Positions 1 to 9,094 of a stretch of 64,000 nucleotides of DNA are shown in pieces. The stretch comes from an uncultured Prevotella sp. (GTDB taxonomy: Bacteria > Bacteroidota > Bacteroidia > Bacteroidales > Bacteroidaceae). The first letter of the stretch is position 1, and each line of letters opens with the position of its first letter. The stretch is taken from the NCBI GenBank assembly GCA_902464615.1, contig CABQKA010000002.1, positions 35,408-99,407 of the forward strand. The letters are read 5' to 3'. Made by a program: the position numbers and the translations under genes. The notes beneath the pieces are model-generated. The model saw only the letters and a list, made by a program, of their open reading frames with translations. It did no database searches and was not told the DNA's origin.

Positions 1-1047
1 GCCTATAAGCTGGCGGCCCATGTGGTGCGCAGCCGTTCCGGCCACGCTTTCATTCCCGGCCGGCTCTGCCCGCTGTTCGACTACCTCAATCCCGCGCGCC
101 GTGCCACGTGTCCCGCCGGGCCTTTCGGCGGCGGGCAGGTCCCCGTCGTCATTTCCGCCCGTCTGGACGGCAGTGCCGATACGGGAAGCCTGAAGCCCGA
201 CTTCGTCTACTGCGGCGGGAAGCTCCCCGCGGCCAAGGACCGCATACCCGGAGCCGGCTACATCGTCGACGCCGCCGCGTGGACCGGTGAGGAGCATACC
301 TATCCGGCCTATCCGCCCCATTTGCTCATGACGGTCGGGGCTTGCCCGGCGCCGCTGAAGTTCCTCTTCCTCAGCTATCCCTTACTGACGGACGAGGTGC
401 GCGCCTGCCTGCGCCGCCATCCCGAGATGGTCGTCATCGCGCAGTCCGGCCACGCCAACCGCCTCGGCGAGCAGCGCGCGCTGGTCCACGACCTGTGGAA
501 CGCCGGCATCCCCGCGCCCGTGGTCTTCTTCCAGCAGTACGCCTGCGGCGCGGCCCGGAAGGAGGACTTCCAGATATGCGCGGCGGCCGACATGGGCGCC
601 TTGCTCTTCGACGGCCTGGCCGACGGCATCTTCCTTTACGACGAGGCACCGCGCGGTGCCGCCCCCCTGCCCCACTCCGTGCAGGACGAAACGGCCTTTG
701 CCATCCTGCAAGCCACGCGGGCCCGCATCACCAAGACCGAGTACATCAGCTGTCCCGGCTGTGGGCGCACGCTCTACGACCTGCCGGGCACCATCGCCCG
801 CATCAAGGCCGCCACAGGCCATCTGACGGGCTTGAAAATCGGCATCATGGGCTGCATTGTCAACGGTCCGGGCGAGATGGCCGACGCCGACTACGGCTAC
901 GTAGGCGCTGCCCGCGGCAAGGTGAGCCTTTACCGCGGCCGCGTCTGTGTGGAGAAAAACATTCCCGCCGAGGAGGCCGTCGACCGCCTGCTGGCCCTCA
1001 TCGAGCACGACGGGCGGGGCCAGACCGCCCCTCCTGCCGGCGACTGA
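1..1047 (+). CDS. ispG: (E)-4-hydroxy-3-methylbut-2-enyl-diphosphate synthase, long Bacteroidetes form (5'-truncated by window edge)
   Basis: Frame open from base 1; C-terminal 4Fe-4S motifs YISCPGCGRTLYDL and IMGCIVNGPGEMADADYGYVG. Confidence 0.95.
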   Translation, partial: AYKLAAHVVRSRSGHAFIPGRLCPLFDYLNPARRATCPAGPFGGGQVPVVISARLDGSADTGSLKPDFVYCGGKLPAAKDRIPGAGYIVDAAAWTGEEHTYPAYPPHLLMTVGACPAPLKFLFLSYPLLTDEVRACLRRHPEMVVIAQSGHANRLGEQRALVHDLWNAGIPAPVVFFQQYACGAARKEDFQICAAADMGALLFDGLADGIFLYDEAPRGAAPLPHSVQDETAFAILQATRARITKTEYISCPGCGRTLYDLPGTIARIKAATGHLTGLKIGIMGCIVNGPGEMADADYGYVGAARGKVSLYRGRVCVEKNIPAEEAVDRLLALIEHDGRGQTAPPAGD

Positions 1048-1086
1048 GCGGCCGTTTCCGCGGTTTCCGTTCCGTAATTTATACCG

Positions 1087-1123
1087 CCACCCCCTCCCGC
1101 TTTCCTGTGCCGGGAGGGGGTGG
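1087..1123 (+). terminator. GC-rich hairpin after ispG (probable terminator)
   Basis: 13-bp inverted repeat CCACCCCCTCCCG / CGGGAGGGGGTGG; weak U-tract. Confidence 0.55.
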
Positions 1124-1201
1124 TCTGCTTCCGGGCCGGCTTTCCGGAGGCACACTTGGCGGAAAAATGGCTTCACTTGCTGTTCTTCTGCATTTTGTTT
1201 G

Positions 1202-1209
1202 TATATTTG
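1202..1209 (+). promoter_or_regulatory. Bacteroidetes sigma-A -7 box for CoA-transferase gene
   Basis: TATATTTG matches TAnnTTTG, 21 bp before ATG. Confidence 0.7.
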
Positions 1210-1230
1210 CAGACAGAAATAGCATAAAGC

Positions 1231-2745
1231 ATGAATATTCCTATACTTTCGGCTGCCGAAGCTGCGGCCATGATTCACGACGGCGACTTGCTGGGCATCG
1301 GCGGTTTCGGCCCGTCGGGCTCCCCAAAGGGCATACCGCCCGCCATAGCGGCCCGCGCGCGGGCGGAGCACGCCGCCGGGCGGCCTTTCCGCGTGAGCGT
1401 CGTCACGGGCGCTTCCATCGGCGCCAGCTGCGACGGCGAACTGGCCGCGGCCGACGCCGTGGACCGCCGGCTGCCTTTCTCCGTGAACGCAGAGATGCGC
1501 AAAGCCTACAACGAAGGGCGCGTGCGCTACAACGACCTTAACCTCTCTGACAATGCGGCCCACCTGAGGCAGGGCATCACCGGCCGGCCCGACTGGGGCA
1601 TTATCGAAGCGTGCGACGTGCAGGAAATCCGCGGCAAATACCGTATTTACCTGACGGCCGGCATCGGCATCGCGCCTACCATCTGCCGCCTGGCCCGCCA
1701 CGGCGTATTCATCGAGCTGAACTCGTGGCATTCCACCCGCATTGTCGGTATGCACGACATATACGAGATAGAGGACAACTGGTTCCGCGCGCCGCTGCGC
1801 ATCACGCAACCCATAGAGCTTATCGGCCTCCCTTATATCGAGGTGGACGCCTCGCGCATCGCGGGGCTTGTCGAAATGCACCTGCCCGACGAGGCCCGGG
1901 CCATGACGCCCCCTACGCCCGTCACGGAACGCATCGGGCAGCACGTGGCCGACTTCCTGCTGTGGAACATGGACCGCGGCTACCTCTTCCGCGACCGCCT
2001 GACGCTCCAGAGCGGCGTGGGCAGCGGCGCCAACGCCGTGCTCGGCGCGCTGGGACGCTGCAGCGAGCTGCCCGCCTTCAACATCTATACCGAAGTGCTC
2101 CAGGAAGAGCCCTTGCGCCTCATCGGCGAAGGCCGCGTCGTCGCGGCCTCCACCGGTGCGCTCACCATCAGTCCCGAGCACCTGCAGCAGCTTTATGCCA
2201 ACATCAACGACTACCGCGGCCGCCTCGTCATCCGCCCTTCGGAGATATCGAACTGCCCCGAAATCATAGCCCGGCTGGGCATCTGCTCGCTCAATACGGC
2301 CCTGGAGGTGGACATATACGGCCACGTCAACTCTACGAAAGTGGGCGGCACGCGCATGATGAACGGCGTGGGCGGTTCGGCGGACTATACGTGCAACGCC
2401 GTGCTCTCCATGTTCACCTGCGGCTCCACGGCCAAGGACGGGCGTATCAGTTCCATCGTCCCCTTCTGTTCGCACGTGGACCATACGGAGCATTACGTCG
2501 ACGCCGTCATTACGGAATACGGCGTGGCCGACCTGCGCAACAAGTGCGCCATGGAGCGCGCCGAGGCGCTCGTCGCCGTGGCCCATCCGGACTACCGCCC
2601 CCTGCTGCGCGACTACCTGCGTCTGGCCGAACGCTACGGCGGGCATACGCACCACGTGCTTTCCGCCGCCTTCGCCATGCACGACACGTTCCGCCGTAAG
2701 GGCGACATGCGCCTGACGCGGTGGGAGGAATACATCAAGGACTGA
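1231..2745 (+). CDS. Acetyl-CoA hydrolase / succinate CoA-transferase family protein
   Basis: GGFGPSGSPK, TLQSGVG, NTALEVDIYGHVNST, MMNGVGGSADY, ITEYGVADLR motifs; 504 aa. Confidence 0.92.
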   Translation: MNIPILSAAEAAAMIHDGDLLGIGGFGPSGSPKGIPPAIAARARAEHAAGRPFRVSVVTGASIGASCDGELAAADAVDRRLPFSVNAEMRKAYNEGRVRYNDLNLSDNAAHLRQGITGRPDWGIIEACDVQEIRGKYRIYLTAGIGIAPTICRLARHGVFIELNSWHSTRIVGMHDIYEIEDNWFRAPLRITQPIELIGLPYIEVDASRIAGLVEMHLPDEARAMTPPTPVTERIGQHVADFLLWNMDRGYLFRDRLTLQSGVGSGANAVLGALGRCSELPAFNIYTEVLQEEPLRLIGEGRVVAASTGALTISPEHLQQLYANINDYRGRLVIRPSEISNCPEIIARLGICSLNTALEVDIYGHVNSTKVGGTRMMNGVGGSADYTCNAVLSMFTCGSTAKDGRISSIVPFCSHVDHTEHYVDAVITEYGVADLRNKCAMERAEALVAVAHPDYRPLLRDYLRLAERYGGHTHHVLSAAFAMHDTFRRKGDMRLTRWEEYIKD

Positions 2746-2773
2746 AACCGCCGCGCGCCCGTTGCCCGCGTTT

Positions 2774-2832
2774 CGCCGGCTAAGCCCCGTCGCCACGGGC
2801 CTTAGCCGAGGAAACGCGGGGCTAAGGCCCGT
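2774..2832. repeat. 21-bp-period palindromic array, locus A (3 units)
   Basis: CTAAG/CTTAG/CTAAG cores at 2780, 2801, 2822 flanked by GGG/CCC arms. Confidence 0.9.
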
Positions 2833-2896
2833 GGCGCGCCACACATTTTTCTATGAGACAGGCGGCCCGCTCCGACTTTTTCGGAGTGGGCCGCCT

Positions 2897-2904
2897 TACC
2901 TTTG
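2897..2904 (+). promoter_or_regulatory. sigma-A -7 box for the P5-like/DUF4248 pair
   Basis: TACCTTTG followed by CA. Confidence 0.65.
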
Positions 2905-2977
2905 CACTTGTCGACACCGTCCGAGGGGACGGACCTGCAGGCCGCGCGCCGCCTCCGAACTAACTTTGACCATAACC

Positions 2978-3394
2978 ATGAAAACAACCGAAAACCTGGG
3001 TACGGAAAACCGTAACCCGCTCAACATCCGCTGTTCGGCCCGCAACCACTGGCTGGGCCTCGACCCGAAGCGGCCTTGCGTCAAAGGCTTCTGCCGCTTC
3101 ATCAGTGCGGCCCACGGCTACCGCGCCGCCGTGGTGCTCGTCAAGACCTACATCGTCCGCTACGGCTGCGACACGCCGCGGAAAATCATTACGCGCTGGG
3201 CGCCGCCGTCGGAAAACCGCACGGAGCTTTACGTGGCCGCCGTATGCGGGCGCTGCGGCCTGCGTCCCGACGAGCGCATCGCCACCGAAGGCCCGCAGAT
3301 AGGCCGCCTCGTTTCCGCCATGGCGCGGCAGGAGACCGGGGCACACGCCACGCCGGCCTACATAGACAGCCTGCGCCGGAAGTTCGGCGTATGA
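2978..3394 (+). CDS. Phage 'structural protein P5'-like protein, putative lysozyme-fold lytic enzyme
   Basis: Motif pattern NPLNIR..W.G..F..F...GYRA..L..Y...T...II.RWAPP.EN.T..Y...V...G...D...AM..QE.G; start moved to ATG 2978 after an A-rich leader. Confidence 0.7.
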   Translation: MKTTENLGTENRNPLNIRCSARNHWLGLDPKRPCVKGFCRFISAAHGYRAAVVLVKTYIVRYGCDTPRKIITRWAPPSENRTELYVAAVCGRCGLRPDERIATEGPQIGRLVSAMARQETGAHATPAYIDSLRRKFGV

Positions 3395-3446
3395 CGCTGC
3401 CGCACGGCAATAGTAAAAAACATTGTAGGATAAAAAAGGAAAGACT

Positions 3447-3695
3447 ATGACAAACGGAAGAATGATGCGCCGGCGCCGGCGCCAGCAGCGCGGCCCGGCC
3501 GGGTGGGAAGAGCGCCGCGAGGTGGCCAAGCGCTGCTTCGACATGGAGGACGGGCGGATGGCTGTGGCGCGGCTGAACCGCTGGATTAAGGGCGACCCCA
3601 CGCTGCTTGCCGCCCTCAGGGCCTGCGGCTACCGTCCGCGCACGCGGCGGCTGCAGCCGGCCGTGGTGCGCGTCCTGCGCCGCTATTTGTACTGA
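3447..3695 (+). CDS. DUF4248 family small protein
   Basis: A..RLNRWI.GDP.L...L...GY....R.L.P..V......L pattern typical of Bacteroidales DUF4248; 82 aa. Confidence 0.75.
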   Translation: MTNGRMMRRRRRQQRGPAGWEERREVAKRCFDMEDGRMAVARLNRWIKGDPTLLAALRACGYRPRTRRLQPAVVRVLRRYLY

Positions 3696-4540
3696 CCGCC
3701 GTCCGGCCCGCAGTAGTCGCGGGCCAGCGTGCGGGCCACGTCGCCCATCAGCCGGCGCAGGTCGTCCGGCGACACTACGCGGATGTCCGCACCGAAGGAG
3801 AGAAGCTGCCCGACGAAGTCGCGCGTGAGCGCCACGTCAAGCTCGAAGCGCGCCTCTCCCTCCGGTGCGGGCATTTCGTGTTGCGAGGGATGGAGCGGCC
3901 GCTGGCGCAGGTAGGCCGCGGCGTGCGGTCCGCCGGCGGCCAGGACCACGTGGCGCGGGCACACGTCGTTTCCGCCGTAAGCCCCGAAACTGTGGGCAAA
4001 GTAGGCGGCCGTGCTGAAGTCCGCCGGGCGGCGGAAACGCATGGGCAGGAGCGTGAGCCCCGCGATGCGGTCCACGGCGAAGTTGCGCACCTCGCCGTGG
4101 CGTTCGCTCAGCCCCACCGTGTAGTAGAAACCGCGGATGAGCGTCAGGGCATAGGGATGGAAGAGCGTGGTGTAGGCCGCTTTGTCGAGCGGTACGTAGT
4201 CCATGCGCAACTGGTGGCGCGAGGTGACGGCGTCGGCCAACAGGGGCAGCCATGCCGCGGTCTCTTCGTCGGCGCGGGCGTCGAGCGGCTGTCCCTCCGC
4301 GCCCAGCAGGCGGCGCAGCGCGCCGTTTTCCTCCGCGCCGCACAGGGCGTAGCGCCCGCCGGAGCAGGCCAGCCGCAGCCCGTAGCGCGATTCCAGCGCG
4401 CGGCGGTTGTCGTAGAAGGTGCTTTCGGCCATGGGGCGGGCGCGGTCGTCCTCGTCGCGCCATGCGTCGAGGATTTCCCGCTTCGTCAGTGCGCCGCGGC
4501 GGTAGAGGAGGCGGGCCAGCCAGAGAGCCTTGTTGACCAT
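3683..4540 (-). CDS. WYL-domain transcriptional regulator (wHTH-WYL-WCX)
   Basis: N-terminal HTH-like segment; HPYAL...GFYYTVG...VRNFAVDRI; PLHPSQ; LLSFGADIRVVSPDDLR. Confidence 0.9.
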   Translation of the reverse strand: MVNKALWLARLLYRRGALTKREILDAWRDEDDRARPMAESTFYDNRRALESRYGLRLACSGGRYALCGAEENGALRRLLGAEGQPLDARADEETAAWLPLLADAVTSRHQLRMDYVPLDKAAYTTLFHPYALTLIRGFYYTVGLSERHGEVRNFAVDRIAGLTLLPMRFRRPADFSTAAYFAHSFGAYGGNDVCPRHVVLAAGGPHAAAYLRQRPLHPSQHEMPAPEGEARFELDVALTRDFVGQLLSFGADIRVVSPDDLRRLMGDVARTLARDYCGPDGGQYK

Positions 4541-4552
4541 GTGGAGGGAACG

Positions 4553-5560
4553 TTACTTGAACTGCCGGCCGCCGGCGAGGATGCGCAGGCGGGTGGCCAG
4601 GGCCGAGCGGATGCGGTCCCATTGCCCGTGGCGCAGGTTGAGGCACAGCTCTTCGGCGGAGCGCCATGCCTTGACCCACGGGTGGCCCCAGGCCATGACG
4701 CGGTAGACGCGGCGGCGGTAGGCCACGTGGTCTACGACGTCGGCCGGGTGGACCAGGGGGAAGCGCATCTCCGGGCGGTCCATGGTGAAGATGCGGCGGT
4801 AACCGCGCGGCAGCGTGCGGGCCGAACCGCCGAAGTGTGTGGAGTCGGCCGTGGCGCCGAGGTTGGTAATCTGGTTGACTGCCGGCATGATGGCCATTTG
4901 CGACTGGAGTAGCAGTGTGGCGTGGAAGATGGTCTCGTAGAACGCTTTGCCGGAGGCACGGTGGGCGCGGCACATGGGCAGGAAGTCGCGCCGCAGCCGC
5001 CGTTCGCGCGTCAGGGCTTCAATGCGTGCCACGGCCTCCGGGCGGTCCAGGAAGGAGTAGTCCGCGTCCCAGCGCTCTACGACACGGCGCCACGAGGCCC
5101 ATCCCCAGATGGAGAAGTTTGTCGTGAAGAAATAGGAGTCGTCGCCGACGTCGTGCGTGCGCTCGTCAATGTTGAAGCCCGATATCATGCCGATGCGCTC
5201 GTCGTGGGCGTAGCGGTCGAGCATTTCCTTGCAGAAGGGAAAGAAGGAGTCGGCGGGCACGTCGTCGTCTTCCAGGACGATGCACTTGTCTGTCTGTGAA
5301 AAGGCCCATTTCTGGGAGATGTATTCCGACGGGTCGCAACCGTAGTTCTTTTCCTGGTAGAGCCGCTGCACGCGGCACGGCCAGTCGACCTTCGCCACAA
5401 TGTCGCGGCAGGCCTGTATGCCGGGCAGGTCGCGCTCGCCGCGTGGCCCGTCCTGGTAGAGGAAGAGCTGCGTGGGCTGTGCGCGGCGCACGGCGTCGAA
5501 GACTTGGGCCAGGTGGTCCGGGCGGTTGAAGAAGAGGATGAGTACGGAGACGTCGGTCAT
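4553..5560 (-). CDS. GT-A fold glycosyltransferase (HlpA-like)
   Basis: LILFFNRPDH, LYQDGPR, IVLEDDDVP, IWGWASWRR motifs. Confidence 0.85.
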   Translation of the reverse strand: MTDVSVLILFFNRPDHLAQVFDAVRRAQPTQLFLYQDGPRGERDLPGIQACRDIVAKVDWPCRVQRLYQEKNYGCDPSEYISQKWAFSQTDKCIVLEDDDVPADSFFPFCKEMLDRYAHDERIGMISGFNIDERTHDVGDDSYFFTTNFSIWGWASWRRVVERWDADYSFLDRPEAVARIEALTRERRLRRDFLPMCRAHRASGKAFYETIFHATLLLQSQMAIMPAVNQITNLGATADSTHFGGSARTLPRGYRRIFTMDRPEMRFPLVHPADVVDHVAYRRRVYRVMAWGHPWVKAWRSAEELCLNLRHGQWDRIRSALATRLRILAGGRQFK

Positions 5561-5644
5561 GGCTGGTAAAGGTTCAAGGTTGCTGGGTGAGGGACAGGCT
5601 GCCCGGACCCGCGGCGGCTGCGGCAGGATGCGTGCGGCCGGGGG

Positions 5645-6490
5645 TCAGGAAAGCGTGGCGCGGTAGAAGGCGGCGTGGCCGTGGCGCTTTTCTTCGGGCG
5701 GCAGGGCCATGTAGTCGCCGTAGAGGTCGCGGAGATAGGCATCCGGGTTGGCCGGTGCGCTGAAGCAGCCGCCTTCGAACTCGGCGGTGCCGAGGGGAAA
5801 GACGCTGTCCGTGCGGTGCATGATGCCGTATCCGTTGTTGTCGAGCGTGTTCGACAGGTATTCGCCCCGCCGGGCCAGGCGGCAGGCGGCAGCCCAGAGC
5901 AGGCGGCAGACGGCGCGCTTCGTGCCGAAGTAGAAAAGCTCGGCCACTGAACGCCAGGAGTAAGTGTGGCGCTCGTGCAGGATGGCGTTGGCGCGGCAGT
6001 AGCCGCGGGCTACGCGCCTGACAAAGCGCGTTGACACGGAGGGGTAGTCCACCATGGGGAAGATGTCCACGTAAAGCCCCTTGGCATAAGGCAGGCGGAA
6101 ATCGTCGCCAGGCTCGACGATGAGAGAGTCGAGGTCGCGCACTTTGAGGATAGGGAACTTTACAGAGGGGTCGGTCTGCGGTGTCTGCATGAACAGGTGG
6201 GGCGGAAGCTCGGTGCGGGCCACTTCGACGAAGCGCAGGGCGTCGGCCCGGCGCATGGCGATGTCGATGTCGTCGTCCCAGGGAATGAAGCCTTTGTGGC
6301 GGACGGCGCCGAGCAGCGTGCCGCCGTCGAGCCAGTAGGCAATGCCGTGGCGGCGGCAGATGGCGTCTATTTCGCGCAGGATGGCCAGTTCCTTGAGCTG
6401 CACGCTGCGGCGGTGGCGCGCCATGTAGGCCGCGAGGCGTTCCTGCCCTTCTTCGCGGCGCCGGGTGGGGGATAGTGTGTGCCCGTCCAT
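5645..6490 (-). CDS. LicD-family phosphotransferase
   Basis: YWLDGGTLLGAVRHKGFIPWDDDIDIAM; YLRDLYGDYMALPP. Confidence 0.93.
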   Translation of the reverse strand: MDGHTLSPTRRREEGQERLAAYMARHRRSVQLKELAILREIDAICRRHGIAYWLDGGTLLGAVRHKGFIPWDDDIDIAMRRADALRFVEVARTELPPHLFMQTPQTDPSVKFPILKVRDLDSLIVEPGDDFRLPYAKGLYVDIFPMVDYPSVSTRFVRRVARGYCRANAILHERHTYSWRSVAELFYFGTKRAVCRLLWAAACRLARRGEYLSNTLDNNGYGIMHRTDSVFPLGTAEFEGGCFSAPANPDAYLRDLYGDYMALPPEEKRHGHAAFYRATLS

Positions 6491-6493
6491 GGC

Positions 6494-7864
6494 TTATTGT
6501 CGGTTTTGGCGTTTCACGTCGAATACTTGCCCGGTGTAGTCCGTCAGGAGCGAGCGCACGGTGGCGGCGGCTACGGTGTCGGGGTCGAGGAGCGTGCCCT
6601 CCGGCTCCACGCCGAAGTTGCGGACGCGCATCGGTGTTTTCGTGCGCTCGGGGTTGATGCAGTTGACGCAGATGCCTTCGGGCTCCCACTCCTGGGCTAT
6701 GGCCTGGACGAAGTTGACAATGGCCGCTTTGGTCGAGGAGTAGATGCTGTAGAAGGCGCGGCCGCGGGTGTAGCTGCTCGAGGTGAAGAATATGAGCTTG
6801 CCGCGGCTCTGGCGGAGGTAGGGGAAGGCTTCGAGGGCGACGTTTACGGTGCCCATGTAGTTGGTCTGGACGGCGTTCCGGATGACTGCGGCGTCCATGG
6901 CGTTGAGCGGTTCCTTGTTGAGCACGCCCGCGGTGTTGATGACGTAGTCGACGCGCCCTTCCGCCGCGGCCACGCGCCGCAGGGCTTCGGCCACGTCGTC
7001 GCGCCGGCCCACGTCGGTGCCGCTTTCGCCCCGGGCGAAGCTGTGGACGTGTGCCCCGGCCCCGCTGAGGCGGTCTACGACGCACTTGCCGATGCCGTAC
7101 GACCCGCCGAAGACGACCGCCACCTTGCCCTTGAGGCATTCGAGGGGCGCCTCGCCGTCCGGGAGCTCGCTTTTGCGCAACTGGAAGAACTTGTCGAGCA
7201 GGTAGGTGTCTTCCTTATACGTCAGTTTCATGTTGCTCTCTTCGCCCGGGACGAGGTGGACGGGCACTTCGGGCATGTATTTCACGACGACGCCGCAGTC
7301 GTCCGTGACCCGCAGGGCCGGGTCGCGCAGGGCCCGTGCGTAGGCCTGCTCGATGACGCTCAGGCGGAAGGCCTGCGGCGTTTGCCCGCGTTGCAGGCGG
7401 GAGCGGTCGGGGATGGCGGCGATGTGGTCGCCCTCGGCTTCGACGATGGTGTCCACGGCCGGCAGGGTGACGTCTACGGCCTCGTGCTCCAGGAGTGCGG
7501 CGGCCACGTCGTCGATGATGCGCTGGCTGACGAGCGGGCGCACCGCGTCGTGGAACACGAGGTTCACGTCGCTCCCCGAGTAGGCCCGTATGGCCGAGAG
7601 GCTTGAGTCGTAGCGCTCTTTGCCGCCTTTGAGTATTTTCTTCACTTTTTTCCATCCGTTGCGGAGTACCATGTTTTCGACGTCGGCTACGTAGAACGGG
7701 TTCGACACGATGGCGATTTCCGCAATGTGAGGGTTGCGTTCAAAGGCGTCTACGGTATGCTCGATGACCATTTTCCCCGCTACTTTGAAAAACTGTTTCG
7801 GTGTGCCCAGGCCGAGGCGGCTACCCACGCCGCCGGCCAGTATGATGGCTATGTTGGGTCTCAT
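6494..7864 (-). CDS. Bifunctional IspD/TarI-like cytidylyltransferase + SDR reductase (probable CDP-ribitol synthase)
   Basis: Starts MRPNIAIILAGGVGSRLG, with PKQF, HDAVRP, GQTPQAF; C-terminal SDR with GGSYGIG and YSSTK; ATGA overlap with upstream GT2. Confidence 0.9.
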   Translation of the reverse strand: MRPNIAIILAGGVGSRLGLGTPKQFFKVAGKMVIEHTVDAFERNPHIAEIAIVSNPFYVADVENMVLRNGWKKVKKILKGGKERYDSSLSAIRAYSGSDVNLVFHDAVRPLVSQRIIDDVAAALLEHEAVDVTLPAVDTIVEAEGDHIAAIPDRSRLQRGQTPQAFRLSVIEQAYARALRDPALRVTDDCGVVVKYMPEVPVHLVPGEESNMKLTYKEDTYLLDKFFQLRKSELPDGEAPLECLKGKVAVVFGGSYGIGKCVVDRLSGAGAHVHSFARGESGTDVGRRDDVAEALRRVAAAEGRVDYVINTAGVLNKEPLNAMDAAVIRNAVQTNYMGTVNVALEAFPYLRQSRGKLIFFTSSSYTRGRAFYSIYSSTKAAIVNFVQAIAQEWEPEGICVNCINPERTKTPMRVRNFGVEPEGTLLDPDTVAAATVRSLLTDYTGQVFDVKRQNRQ

Positions 7865-8865
7865 GGAGTTTGGAATTTTTCGGATTTGAATTCGCCGTTC
7901 CGGTATGCGTAGATGGCCGGAAGGCAGAAGGCGCGCAGGCGGTTTTTCCATTCCGGCTCGCCTTTGGAGGGATAGAGCAGCGCGCGGTGGCGGAGGCAGA
8001 GCCGGCAAAGGCGCCCGATGCCGCCGTCGCGGCCCAGCAGCGCGCCGCAGAGGCGGTGTGCCAGGCCGAGGCGGGCGTCGTCGCCTGCCGTCCTGTCGTA
8101 AAGGTAGCCGTAGAAGGCTTGCCAGACGGGTTCGCGCCGCAGGCGCAGCAAGTCTCTCCAGCCGCAGACGTAGGGCTGCCATGTGGCGGGCCGTTCGGGC
8201 CGTCCGCCGCGGTCGGCGCGGTGGAGCACGGCTATGGCCGAGCCGGCGTGCGGGCGGTGCCAGTTGAGGGCCTCGTCCGTGCGGGCCACGCCGCCGTGCA
8301 GGTGGGCCTGTACCAGCAGCCACCAGTCGTAGTAGAAGCGGTCTGTGAGGACGCCTTCGCGTTGCAGGAAACTGCGGCGCAGGAGCATCGTGTGTCCCGG
8401 TATGGTGTTGGAGAAGAGGAGGCTTTCCAGCGTGCCCGAGGGGCACACTTTCACGCGGCACTCTGCGGCGCTGCTGAAGGCGGCGTCGCGGTAGTAGGCC
8501 GAGAAGCAGAGGTCGGCCCCGCCGATGGCTTCGGCCTGGCGGCGCAGCTTTTGTGGAAACCAGATGTCGTCCTGGTCGGCAATGGTTACAAAGTCGCCCG
8601 TGGCGCGGCGCAGTGCGGTCGCGAAGTTGCCGTTGAAGCCCAGCCGCTGCCCGTTCTGCACAAAGCGGATGCAGGGGTGGCGGCGGCTGTAGTCCTCGAC
8701 GAGGGCTGCGGTGCCGTCCTGCGAGCCGTCGTCCTGCACGATGATTTCGCAGGGCGGGAGGTCTTGCGCGAGGATGGAGTCGAGCTGTGCCCCGAGGTAT
8801 GCTGCGCCGTTGTACGTGCACATGACGACGGAGACTCGCGGCTGCTTGTTTTCGTAGTTGGTCAT
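7861..8865 (-). CDS. Glycosyltransferase family 2
   Basis: VSVVMCTYNGAAYL, QDDGSQDGT, ADQDDIWFPQKL. Confidence 0.92.
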   Translation of the reverse strand: MTNYENKQPRVSVVMCTYNGAAYLGAQLDSILAQDLPPCEIIVQDDGSQDGTAALVEDYSRRHPCIRFVQNGQRLGFNGNFATALRRATGDFVTIADQDDIWFPQKLRRQAEAIGGADLCFSAYYRDAAFSSAAECRVKVCPSGTLESLLFSNTIPGHTMLLRRSFLQREGVLTDRFYYDWWLLVQAHLHGGVARTDEALNWHRPHAGSAIAVLHRADRGGRPERPATWQPYVCGWRDLLRLRREPVWQAFYGYLYDRTAGDDARLGLAHRLCGALLGRDGGIGRLCRLCLRHRALLYPSKGEPEWKNRLRAFCLPAIYAYRNGEFKSEKFQTP

Positions 8866-8871
8866 TACGGG

Positions 8872-8879
8872 CAAAGGTA
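8872..8879 (-). promoter_or_regulatory. sigma-A -7 box for glycan operon
   Basis: TACCTTTG on minus strand, 6 nt before the GT2 ATG. Confidence 0.7.
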
Positions 8880-8939
8880 ATGATTTTTTCAGACGGAACG
8901 GCGTATGCGGGCGAAAAAGTGGCCGCACTGCGGGCGGCT

Positions 8940-8998
8940 GCGGGGCTAAGGCCCGTCGGTGCGGAGCTTAGCCCCGTGCCGACAGGCCTTAGCGGCGT
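8940..8998. repeat. 21-bp-period palindromic array, locus B (3 units)
   Basis: Cores at 8946, 8967, 8988. Confidence 0.9.
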
Positions 8999-9018
8999 GC
9001 CGGCGGCGCGGCCCGGGG

Positions 9019-9060
9019 AAAAAACGAATCCCGCCGCACTGCGGGAGTGCGGCGGGATTC
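9019..9060 (-). terminator. Intrinsic terminator of rpsO
   Basis: 15-bp perfect stem GAATCCCGCCGCACT/AGTGCGGCGGGATTC with T-tract on minus strand. Confidence 0.85.
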
Positions 9061-9094
9061 AATGCGGTGTCCGTTACGGCGGAGCCGGCGGGCC

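Noticed and set aside
382..2844. Long antisense or alternate-frame ORFs (e.g. 382-2844, 31375-33330, 42395-45724, 54310-56124)
   Set aside because: Shadow ORFs of real high-GC genes; low-complexity Arg/Gly/Ala/Val composition and no recognisable motifs
2978..4540. Prophage or genomic island
   Set aside because: No integrase, att repeats, capsid/tail genes or compositional shift
6494..8821. 775-aa ORF as one large fusion protein
   Set aside because: The first ~319 aa are an alternate frame of the GT2 gene; the real start is ATG 7864 overlapping the GT2 stop
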